This document shows positions 26,979-39,100 of a stretch of 64,000 bases of DNA, one piece after another; within the stretch, counting starts at the first letter, position 1; each line of letters opens with the position of its first letter. The notes beneath the pieces were generated by a model that was not told the origin of the DNA, did no database searches, and was given only the letters and a program-made list of their open reading frames with translations. Made by a program: the position numbers and the translations under genes. This stretch comes from a virus, in the IMG/VR virus record IMGVR_UViG_3300026118_000001, positions 1-64,000 of that record; one strand, 5' to 3'.

Positions 26979-27533
26979 TTATTTGTTTAAATATTCTATT
27001 GCTTTTAATAATATGTTTTTATTTTCTCTTAATAATCCTATTCCAGTATTACAAGCCTGACATAATAATCCTCTTACTTTAAGAGTCTTATGACAATGAT
27101 CTATTGATAATTCTTTTTCTTGGCTTTCTGGATTCTCACATATAGCACAACATCCTTTTTGAATGGAAAGAAATTTATTATATTGTTCTTCTGTTATTTT
27201 AAATTTTCTTAATTTATATTTAAGTCCTAAACATTTTCTACAGCGAGCTTTATATTTTTCTTTTTCTTTTGAAAACTCTTCTTTTGATTTAATCAAATTA
27301 CAGTTTGTACATAGTTTAGTACCATTTTTATATTCAATTGATTTTAATTGATATGTTCCTTTTTTACCTTTATATGGAGTTCCATATTTTTTAATAGCTA
27401 AACAATTTTTACAAAATCCATCTAACCCACATTTGTATAAAATATTTTTGCTGAATTCTGAAATTTCTTTATTTTCATTACATCTTATACAAAGTTTTTT
27501 GTTGTCTATTATTGATAATGATTTTCTTCCCAT
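26979..27533 (-). CDS. endonuclease VII-like (His-Me) homing endonuclease
   Basis: QKGCCAIC...LSIDHCH...VRGLLCQACNTGIG; two N-terminal CxxC zinc repeats. Confidence 0.85.
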   Translation of the reverse strand: MGRKSLSIIDNKKLCIRCNENKEISEFSKNILYKCGLDGFCKNCLAIKKYGTPYKGKKGTYQLKSIEYKNGTKLCTNCNLIKSKEEFSKEKEKYKARCRKCLGLKYKLRKFKITEEQYNKFLSIQKGCCAICENPESQEKELSIDHCHKTLKVRGLLCQACNTGIGLLRENKNILLKAIEYLNK

Positions 27534-30154
27534 TAATGTAATTCCTCCAATTGATTATCTGACAATACTCTTAACATATCATATATAGGTTTAACTAATG
27601 GAGTTACATCAGATAGTTCTTTTAATATTCTATTTTGACCTTTATGAGATCCTTTTTTAATTGTATAATCTCCTGTATATAATACTTTAGGAACTATTGT
27701 TGTAGCTTGAATAATATCTCCAATTGTTTTACTTAATGGAATTGCATTTTTAGCTAAATTATTAATTTGTGACGGAGAATAGAAGAATGTTAAATCTCCA
27801 GATGCTCTGTCTAATAAAGTTAATCCTACTTTAACTAATGGTAGTCTTCTAAACTTTTTATCTTCATCATCATCTCCACCATGTAAAGCTGCATAAAATA
27901 ATATCATAGCAGAAGCTGTAATAATTTCAGCTACCATTCTACGCATATTATATATTTCAGTTTCAGTCATTTTACCTGATTCTAATAACTTCTTATAACC
28001 AAATAATGGTAATAGTAAATTTTCAAATGCTTGTTGTGGATTTCTCCAATTTTTAATTACAAGTCTTCCGAATGTTAAATAAATACCTTCAACATCTGTT
28101 TGAAGTCTATTGTCCCATTGTGGTGTACCTATTCTATTTTCAATTGCTGATGGAATCCATTTTCTAAATTGTGATACAAGTCTATAAACTACATTTTGTT
28201 GTGCAGCAGCAGCTTCTTTTTGTGTATATCTACCATGAATTTTTTGATTAAGTCTTTGAATTTTATCAATTAACTGCTCTATTTCTTGTTCTGAGGCATT
28301 ATTATATTTGTCTGTTAGCTCACCTTGTGAGGTCAAATATCCATCTTTAATCATAACTGCCATTCCAGTTCTTGATTGTAAGAATTTCTCACCAGCTTTT
28401 TGTAGAGAATACATATATTCTAATGCTTTCTCTGTTGAAAGTTTATTAGGTTTTCCAGTTTTAGATATTTTTTCAGCTATTTCATAATCATCTAATTCTT
28501 GTAGAAAGTTCATTCTAATAAGTAATTTATTCATTACAGAATCTTTATCAAAGTTCTGTTTAAAGAATATATTACTAGCATCTTTTAAATTATTAACATT
28601 AAAATATCTTCCTCCAATACCTTCTATTATATTACTTATATCACCAAATAACCAGTTAACTGTAGCACCAATTGGACTAAAACCTATTCTTAATAAAGAG
28701 TTATATCTTAACATTGTGTCAGCTAAACCAACACCATCAATATATTTTTCAACTTTATTCCCATCTGCATCAAAAAAATCTTCAATTATATAATTTCCTT
28801 GGTCAGATTTCATTTTACCTTTAACCTGCATTTCAATTATATCATCAACAATTTTATAAATATTAGAATCTTCACCATTAATTGGTGTAGAAGGTTTAGA
28901 AGGATTGATGAATTTTCTTTTTTGAATTTCTCCATCAACCATTTTAAACTTTAATTGCTCTTGTAGCACTCTAACTTGTGGAAGAATTTCAGACATTTGT
29001 CTATAATTTTCAGCAAATTTAGCAAATTGAAATAATGATGTACCTAAATCATTTGATTTTTCAGATAGAGGAATTGGTTTATGATATTCCAATGGAACTA
29101 TATCTAATAGATTTTCTTCTTCTATTGATCCTTTTAAAGTTCTAGTTTTAATTGGATTTAATCCTTTTAATTTAGATTTTAAATCAGATTTTCTAATATT
29201 AGGAACAAAATATTTACCTAATTTAATAGGCATTCCATCTTCTGCTTCTTCAATAGTTTTCTGATAAAAATCATAAAATTCTTTTAACTCTTTTGTTTCT
29301 TGAATTTTAGTCCAATTTTTATTTTCTTCTCCATTTTGGAGATATTCTTTAGCTAATATTAATGTACCTTTATGTTCTTGAGTTAATATTGTATAAATAT
29401 CATCAATAGTAGCCCCATTTTTTTTAGCATAATCATCTAATTTTGAAACTTGTTCTTGAATATTCTTTCCTAATTCCTTGGTTTTAGTTTCAACTTTATT
29501 TTGTGTCTTTCTAATAATAGAACCAATTGTAGAACCAATATAATTTGGTAGATCACTTAATGATCCAGTCCATCTTTTAAATGTTCTAATATCTTCATCC
29601 TGTCTATTAATATCTTCTAATGTTGGAGCTATTTTAGTAGTAGAATGTTCTTTAACTTGTTCTACCATATTCTCATTATAAAAAGGAATAAGTCTATCAA
29701 ATAAATCACTAGATTTGTCTCTTAATCCTTTAAATTCTATCCAAGTACCAATAACTTCTAAAGCATGTTGAATATTCTTAGCTGTAGGTTCAAATTCTTT
29801 ATTTTCTAAATCTTTAATAAAACTATCTATTTTATCTAATGTATAATTACCTAATTCTAAATATACTTCTTTAGATTTATCTAATAGTTTAGCTTCTTGT
29901 GATTTAGAAGTTAAATATTCTAATTCTTCTAACTTAGCTGAATATTTAGGGTCTTTCTCTTTAAGTTGTTTTAATTCTCCTTCAAGTCTTTTAATTCTCC
30001 TGTCTACATATATTTTCTGTGTAGAATATATTGGAGATTTGATTTCTTCTTGAGTTTGTTTATACCAAGCAGCATTAGCTAATACTTCACTTCCAAGTTC
30101 TTCTACAAGTTTTTTATAAGAAGGATCTGATTTATTTGGGCACTGTAAAGCCAT
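27533..30154 (-). CDS. large virion cargo/ejection protein adjacent to the virion RNAP
   Basis: 873 aa, helical; position next to the RNAP gene as in crAss-like phages. Confidence 0.55.
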   Translation of the reverse strand: MALQCPNKSDPSYKKLVEELGSEVLANAAWYKQTQEEIKSPIYSTQKIYVDRRIKRLEGELKQLKEKDPKYSAKLEELEYLTSKSQEAKLLDKSKEVYLELGNYTLDKIDSFIKDLENKEFEPTAKNIQHALEVIGTWIEFKGLRDKSSDLFDRLIPFYNENMVEQVKEHSTTKIAPTLEDINRQDEDIRTFKRWTGSLSDLPNYIGSTIGSIIRKTQNKVETKTKELGKNIQEQVSKLDDYAKKNGATIDDIYTILTQEHKGTLILAKEYLQNGEENKNWTKIQETKELKEFYDFYQKTIEEAEDGMPIKLGKYFVPNIRKSDLKSKLKGLNPIKTRTLKGSIEEENLLDIVPLEYHKPIPLSEKSNDLGTSLFQFAKFAENYRQMSEILPQVRVLQEQLKFKMVDGEIQKRKFINPSKPSTPINGEDSNIYKIVDDIIEMQVKGKMKSDQGNYIIEDFFDADGNKVEKYIDGVGLADTMLRYNSLLRIGFSPIGATVNWLFGDISNIIEGIGGRYFNVNNLKDASNIFFKQNFDKDSVMNKLLIRMNFLQELDDYEIAEKISKTGKPNKLSTEKALEYMYSLQKAGEKFLQSRTGMAVMIKDGYLTSQGELTDKYNNASEQEIEQLIDKIQRLNQKIHGRYTQKEAAAAQQNVVYRLVSQFRKWIPSAIENRIGTPQWDNRLQTDVEGIYLTFGRLVIKNWRNPQQAFENLLLPLFGYKKLLESGKMTETEIYNMRRMVAEIITASAMILFYAALHGGDDDEDKKFRRLPLVKVGLTLLDRASGDLTFFYSPSQINNLAKNAIPLSKTIGDIIQATTIVPKVLYTGDYTIKKGSHKGQNRILKELSDVTPLVKPIYDMLRVLSDNQLEELH

Positions 30155-30155
30155 A

Positions 30156-33100
30156 TTATTTACACTTTTTTTCTATTAATTTTCCTAAACTTTCATCATC
30201 ATGAACTTCATTAAGTTCTTTTAAAAGTTCTTCTTTTAATTGTGGTTGAAATTCAAATAAAAATTCAATATCTGATTTTAGTTCATTGTATTGTTCTTTT
30301 GATAATTCAAATTTCTCTCCAATATTAGTTATTTTCTCTTGTATTGGCAACTTATTTTCTTCTTTATTTATTTCATTGGATAAATAGATATTTCTAGCTT
30401 CTTCATTCCAAATTCCATTAGTTTGATTATAAGCATTAAACATTTTAATCATTTTAGATGATGTTAAAATAGCTACATTCTTATCATCTAATTTTTTAAT
30501 AATATTCCATGCTTTTAATGCTCTTTCTCTAAATTGTTTAAATGACTCAGCTTTTGGATTTATTTTTTCTTCTTCATTAATTGGATTAGACCATAACTTT
30601 TCATCATATTCATTCTCTTTAACTTCACCTTCCCAATTACCCATATTCATAGTTTTTAGATTTTCATCTGTATAATATGGAATATTTTGTTCTTTTTTAA
30701 TAATTTCTGCTGTTTGAATCACTCTTTCAATTGGAGAAGTAATTAATGATGTAATTCCTTGTATTTTTAATTCTTTTCCTAAATTAGAAGCTTGTTCTTT
30801 TCCTTCTTTAGTGAGATTTGTATCAGATTGTCCATTAATCACATCTTTAGATGAGGGAACATCTTCTCCATGTTCAAATACTATTAAATTACCAACTTTT
30901 ACTGGTTCTACTTTTGGTGATATGTTTTCTATAGTTATTTTTAATGGAGTTGTAATAGGAATATATTTAACATTAAATCCTTTTGTAGCTTTATTTACAT
31001 CATAGTCTTTACCATACATTCCATTACCCAAAGCAGAAAGTTGTAGATTTTTAAATATAGTTGGTACAATTTTATTGTTATTTCTAATAAATAGTTCATT
31101 AAATTTTGGTAGTATTTCTGCCCCATTTTTTTTATTAAATTCTTCAAATGAGTCTTTAACTAATTGATTATAATATTCAAATGGAATAATTCCTAAATAA
31201 GTTATAGGAGAATTATTAAGTCCTGATTGTAATATTCCAACATGAATTAATTCATTTCCTAATGATAAATTAGAATTCTTTAGTTCTCTAAATGCTTCTG
31301 TTAATTGATTAGATGTAAATGTATCTAATTTTTTAGTAAATATTTTAACATTGTCATAATTTAAAGCTGCTTTATCAATTAATGGAAATAATTCTTTAAT
31401 TAGAATATTATTTCTTAATTGCTTTTCATCTTCATTTAAATTTTCTTCTTTTTTATTCTTTAATTCTAATAGTTTCTTAGCAACTGAATTTTCTCCTTCA
31501 AATAATCTCTTTCTAATAGCATTAATATTCTTATATCCATAGTTTTGAATTACAAAATTAATAAAATCATTTTCAATTAGATTAATCATTTTTAATTTCT
31601 CTTTTCTTGATGATTTAAATGGATTTTCTAATTCATTGGCAAGACCTAATATATTATTGATTATTTCTTCTTTTTGTGTGTCATAGAACTGTTTATATGA
31701 AGATATAGCAAATTCATCTTGTTGAAATGATTTAATAAATGTCTTATTAATAATTTCATTAACACCATTAATAAAATTGGTTTTTTGTACTTTATTTATT
31801 TCTTCTAATTTAAGTCTTGAACTATTAATATTTTGACCTAATCCAGCAGTATCAGAATTAGTAACTCTAACAGCATCATTAAATAAACTAGCTTGTTCTT
31901 TATATTTTAAGAAATCATTAAATACTTGTAATTGAAATAATTCAAATTCTTTAGTAGATTGATTCTCAATTAATTTAAAATCTTTTAATTCTTTTAAAGA
32001 AAGTATTTTATTTTCAATATCCTTTTCAGAAACTAAATTAGAATATTTTTTCTTTATTTGTTTAGTTATTTCTGTATTTCTTTGATTCTTTCCTGTAGAT
32101 TTTAAAAATATAGATTTATTCTTATTAATTTCTTCTATATAATCTAAAATAATAGGTTGAGTCATGAAATTAGCAATGTGTTCAAACGGAACTCCTAATT
32201 TATTCAAATATAAATAAATAGGAAGTGTATCCATAGTCATGTTTAAATAACTTACCATTGGAATTTCATCTTTAGCAGCATCCACAATAATATTAATTAA
32301 CTGATTGTTAATTTCAGATATATTATGATTATTTTCTGCGTCTTTTAAAGCTCCTAAATTAAAAACATCTCTAATTTCATTGTGAATTAAATTAATATTC
32401 ACTTTAATTTCTTCTCCAGCAGCATTAATATAAGATTTATTAGCTGTTAGTCCAGATAATTGAGAAAGTGGCCCATAAGCATTAGCAATAGCAGATAAAC
32501 CTACTTCATCTTTAGCAAGCCATAATTTATATCTAGCATTTATTTTATTTTGTAATTTTAATAAGGCTGTATAATTAATCTTTTTATCTTTTGAATTTTG
32601 AGCTTCAAAATATTCTTCTTTAGTTAATATTTTTTTAGGTTCTCTTCCTTTAGAAATTAATTCATTATTAGCTTCTGTTTTATCATTTAAATAATCAATA
32701 TATTTAATATCATCAACTATTGGTGATATAATACTTGTTGAATTGGGTGTTATTAGTGATATAAAGTTATGAGGATTAGAAATAAAATCTTTGATTACTT
32801 GTATTGTTTTATTATCAATATTATCTTCAATATAATTACCATTTTCATCTAAATTTGGTCTATAAGTATATAATTTGTCATTGTCAAAGTCAGATCCAGC
32901 TTTAGCAACTATATCAGGATGAACTATCATAGTAGTAGCTGCATCTTCTGGTAGAAACTCTTTAATAGTTAAATATTCATTGGAATTCATTCCTTGTCCT
33001 GGAATACGACATCCAACTAATTCTAATACTTTATTAGGTATATCTCCATTTTTAATAGCTTCATTAACTGCTTTTAAACTACCAAATTTCTTTAATAATG

Positions 33101-36100
33101 GATAATAACTTTCAGATAGAGGAATCATTACTTCTGCTGGTAATGTATTTCCAGATGTATCTTTTGTATATCCTCTTAGAGCATTATTAGATCCAATAGG
33201 TCTATTTCCAAGTTTCTCCATTCCAGCCACTGTACCTAATACATAAGCATCTCCATTATATTTTTGTTTAATGAGTCTGGCATCAATAATAGACATTAAT
33301 ACAGAATCTAGTTTGGTTTTATTAACCATACTATCAATATTGTATTTTAATACCTTTTTACCTTCTTTTTCTTCAATATCTAATGAATTAATTATGTTAT
33401 CTGTTAATTTCCTATTTTCAGAATATTCTACTAACATATCAACCAATTTAGTAACATCTTCAGCTACATATGTATCAGGATTAATACCTAATTCTTTAAT
33501 TAGCTTATCTTTTTCTATTTTAGTTTTTTCTTCAATTAAGTTAGAGAAAGTTGATAATAGTTTTTCTGCTCCTTCAAATGTTTCTTTACCATTTTCAAAA
33601 GCATTAATTAACATTGTTTTTCTAAACTGTGTAGAAAATATATATTTATCTTTTGGTGGTGAAGGTTTAACTTGTAGTCCTAAATAATTATAAGATATTG
33701 ATTGTATAACTAAATCTGCATTATTAATTTCTCCATGATTATTATTTGTATAAAATGGATTTGCTTTACCATCTTTATTAAGAATAGTTCCAAATTTACT
33801 TGCTGATTTGAATAATGCAATACCTGATTTATTAGATTTCATGTTCTCTAATAATTTAGATAGATTCTTTCCAGCTACCATTTGAGGAATCAAAGGCATT
33901 ATAGTAAATTTATAACCTCCAGGAACAAATAATTGCTGTGTACTTCCATGATTAATTGGTCCAGCATATTGTAGTTTAAGAGTTTGAAAATAAGTTAATT
34001 CATCTTTAGTTAATAATTTCCCCTCTATTAAATTTCCTTCATTATCAAATTTTTGTTTTTGAATTATTTGATAAGCATTTTCCATTTTATTAGTCCAAGT
34101 ACCAACTCTATTATGAAACTCTCTAATAAAATCTAAAGATCCCCATCCTTGAGCATCTCCTTCATCTGCTTTACCATAAGCTGAAATCCCTTTAAATTCT
34201 TCAGATTCAGTTTTCTCATAACCTAATATATTATATGCTGCTTCTTCTGAAACTCCAGATTTAATATAAGTATCAACTAATTCTTTAATATCTTTGGTTG
34301 TAGTTACATCATTATAAACTATTGAATTTTCATTTCCATCAGCTAGTTTATTATCAGATCTAATAAAATTCTTATTTAAGAAATCATTAGTTTCTTCATC
34401 TACTCTAGGAATTAGTTTGGTTCCTGCAAACATCGCAGTTCTTTTATATAAATCCTTATAGAAAGCTAAATTTCCAATAAATAATTTAGTTTGTTCTATT
34501 GAATTTATAAAATCTGTAACAACTATTGCTCTGATTAATTGTTCTTTTGGGTATTTATCTGTATATTCTTTTGGAATACCAAATTCATTTATATTATTTT
34601 CTTTTAATGAATTATTTAATTGTCTTGAATAAGATTCAAAGAAATCAATAACTAATTTATCTAAATCAGGTAATAGAGAATTTACTAATTCATCTAATTC
34701 TTCTTTAGATTCATTATATTTAACTTCCTTAAATTTTAAATCATCTAATTTAGATTTTAATATCTCTTTAATATTTACTTTACTAGATTTTAATAATATT
34801 TCATTAAATATAGTAAAATCACTACCATTTTTAGAATATCCATCTACATTAGTGCCAATACCATCTAATTTGAATAAAGCAATTCCTTTAAATTCTGATT
34901 TAAAATAACCTCTAAATATTTCTTTTAATTTAATAGTATTAAATCCAGATTTTAATAATTCTATTGATACTGGAAGCTTATTACTAAGTCCTAATACAAA
35001 TTCTTGTGATTTATCTGCTGATACAATATAATTAGATTTGCCATTTAATATAGAAGCTATATTTTGAGTGAATAAATCTCCTTTAGTACCTTTTCTTGTA
35101 GATATTTTACTAACATCTTCTGATTCTTTAGAAGAAGCTACACCATCATGTAATTCTAAATTAAGTTTAATATTTTTATTTCTAAGTCCTGTTTTTGGAT
35201 TGAATAATTCATTTAACCAAAATGAGTTTTCTGCTCCAACAGTATTTAAATGTGGAAGTTTTAAAAATAATTCTTCAATAGAATTAACATTATTAATTAT
35301 ATTTGTAGTGATTGATAAAGCATTATTATCACTAACAGAATAAACTGTCTTACCTTCTGTAGACATATAACTTAGTTCATTAACTAAACTAGTATTATTA
35401 GCTTCTAAAGTTAATAGATAATTAATTCTACCTGCTATACCATCTTCTTCTTTTCCAGAATTATATAAATTAGTAACATCCCCATTTTTTTTATCAATAT
35501 ATATCTTTATAGCAGCAACACTATCATTTAGATCATTTAGATTAAAATCTTTATCATTAATAATCTTTTGTGTGTTTTTATCAAATATAATACCTAATTT
35601 ATCTAAAAAAACAAATGGATCTTTTTCATTAATTACATCTTTATTTATAATTAATTTTCCTTTCTCATCTTGTTTAGTGTGTAATAATAAATTAGCTTCC
35701 CAAATAGTTTTTACTTTTTCAGCTTCATTTTGTCTATTAGTATCAACAGGAATTATATTACCATTTGGTTCATATATAGTTACAATAGCATTATATCTAT
35801 TTTTGTTAAAATCTTGTGTAAATTGAGTTTGAAATCTAAATTGTTCCACACTAATATCACTAGATGGTGCTCCAAGTCTATCAATTAATTCTTGAAATTC
35901 AGGTTTAAATTCAATTAAAGACTCTATTTTATTATAAATATCAGAATAATTGTTTCCTGTTCCAGCTAAATTCTTCAATAAATAATTATATGTAGAAGTG
36001 AAATCAACTGGAATAGAAAATCCTAGATCATTAGTGATATTAACTTGTTTTAAACTTCTAATTAATAGTCTTACGGGACTACTAATAGATTCTAGTGTAG

Positions 36101-39100
36101 AAGTTAAATTCCCTTCAGAATAATCTCCCTTACTAGAATGTTCATCTAATTGTTCATCTTTTGATAATTCTTCATCCTCATTTTTAATTTCTTCAATATT
36201 ATTTTCTATTTTAGTAACTATCTCAACACCATTGATGTTAATTCTAGTTTTCCACATATTAATAATATCATCCCAATTTTCTAATATGTATTCATAATCT
36301 TTTATTTGTTTCTCATCAACAGAATTTTGATATTTATCATCTATAATATCATGTATTTTATCTGTTATTTTATTTACATGACTATTTGCAATAACAGGAG
36401 TTCTCCCATTATCAAATATATAATCAAAAAATAAAATATCTATTCCATCTAAAACATCTTTAACAAATTTAGTGCCTTTTTCATTAGTTATTCTTTTTGT
36501 GTTCTCATCCCTGTTAAGTGATGAGAATTCTTTTGTATTAACTAATTTCTTATTTGTATAATAGCCTTTATCAAGTCTTTCATATACTTGTTGAATATTT
36601 GTACTGCTAATACCTAATAAGTCTTTTAAAAAGCTTAAAATACGTCTAAAAATAGTATTTCTTTGTGGAGAGTTATTTAATACTTTACCTCCTAGTTTAT
36701 AACTAACAAAATCTTCTGCTAATATTTCTTCTAATTCTTTTCTAGATTTATTTGAATATTTTTTAGAAGCCTCATTATATAGTTTATCTATTTCTTCTTT
36801 AGTAAGATATAATTGTGTTATAACATGGAATGCTTCATGATGAAGAGTTCCAATAGTAGCTTCATCTGATAATAATACTTCACCAGATGATAGAAATTGA
36901 CCTAAAGATTTTTGTTCAATTAATCCTTGAATAAAATTAATAGGAATATTAGGAAATCTCTCTTTAAACCAATTAATTTCTTCTTGAGATAATTTGTTTC
37001 TATCTTGATTTCTTTTTTTAAGTCTATCTAATACTTTGTCACCACTTCTTTTTTTAAACTCTTTTTTAATTGGTTTAATTTCTTCTGTAATAATTGGAGA
37101 TGTATTATCTTCTATTCTTTCAGAAGTTTCTAAATCAACTTTTTCTTTTAATTTATTTTCAATTAATTTATTATCATAAATAAAATAAGATTGAATAAAT
37201 CTTCTATTTGGTCTTCCATTTAAATCAACTATTGGTTTTAAATCAGTTCCAAACATAGGAACTTCTCCTGATAATAAATATTCATTATAGTGCACATTTT
37301 CACCTCTACCATTAATATCTGGTTTAGTGAAGGATTCTCCCTTAATATATTTATTATTAACATTAACCTTTTTAGTTAATAAGAAATCAATAATTTTAGA
37401 TCTATTTGATTCTATTTCTTCTTTAGTTAGTTCGTTATTATCAAATACAAGTCTTCCATCAGAATTGATATAAATATCTGAAGGTTTATTAGACTTAAAG
37501 AATGTAGTTATTTTCTTAATTTCATCTATTGGATCAAAATCTAAATCTTTTTCTTTAGTATTTAGTTTCTTATTAATTAAATCAATAATTAAACTAGCCT
37601 CATCTACATTAAGATTTCTTGGAATTAAATCAAATATTCTTCTATTACCATCTTTAGTATATAACTTTCCAGGCAACACTTTAATATTATTAAATATTAA
37701 ATTAAATGTTGGAAGTGTTAATGGGATTTCATCATATTTTATATTCTTGTCAAATATTCTTCCTAATAAATTATTAGATTGTCTTTCACCATTAATTTTA
37801 TCTTCAAAAGCAGAATGAATAATGTTAGCATTTTCATCTGTTTCAATCATAAGTCCATTAGATTTACCTATAATTGGAAGATATTTAACATCATTATTTT
37901 TTAATAATAAGATTTCATCTCTTAAAGAATTTAAATCTTTAATTGCTTTCTCTTTAGCTTTTGATTTATCTTCTTTAGAAAGTCCTCTACCAATATCAAT
38001 TTTATTATCAGAAATACGTTGAGCAGTTTCTAATGTAGATTGAATAAATTTATCCTCTTCTAATACTGGATTATTCTCTTTGTCAACTAATATAGTCCAA
38101 ACTCCTTTAAAATCAGGATGTTTTTTCTCATATTCTTTAGCTGTAGGATCATTATCTAATATTTGAGAATATAATTCAGGATTTGTAGCTTTTGTTACTA
38201 CTAATAATTTATGTTCATCTAAAACTATTGTTTCTGTAGTTTTAAAATATCTATCTTCTGATGGTTTCTGTCCATTATCAATTCCTCCATTTGTTTTAAA
38301 TGGTGTATTAGCTTTTCTACCAACATCATTACTATCATCTAATATAAATTCTTTATTAATAAATAAAGGATCTTCATTAATAGTTGTAGGAGATTCTACA
38401 TTAGAAATAATTGGTTCATTATCTACTTTTGTTGATTGAGGAGTAGTTTGAAATTTTAATTCTTTTTCAATTTCTGCTTTATTATTCTCATAAAATTGTA
38501 AATCTTTTGGATCTGTAAGACTTTCAGTGTCCATTATTTTTTGAACAAAATCTTGAATTTCTTTAGAAGCTTTTGATTTAGAAATTAAGGGTTCATCAGT
38601 AACTTTTGGAAGTGGAATTTCTTCTACAATATTTGATTCTTTAGATTCTTCTTCAGAAGTGTCAATAATATCATTAAGAGTTTTCTTTTGTGTTTTTGGA
38701 TCTGCTAATAAGTTATAAGACTCAATTAATTTGTCTTTATATAATTTAGCTAAATGTAAATCTTTATTTGCTTGATTAACTTGTTGAGCAACCATTGGAT
38801 TACCATCAACAGTAAATGGAGATTCTGGTGTTCCTAATCCAGTGATTGTAGCATCATTTTCAGCAGCTATTTTATAAATATCACTATGAATTTGTTTAAC
38901 TCTTTTATCAATATTACTTATTGATGTAGAATAATGCCATAAATTTGTTGTTAATGTATTATATTTTTCTGGAGATTCATAAACCTCTTGTTTATAAGGA
39001 AATAACTCATGAATAGAATTATTAGTTTTATCTAGAGTTTTAACTAATGAAATAGCATCATTAATTATTTGTTCTTTAGAATGCGGAAGAGGTTTTTCTA

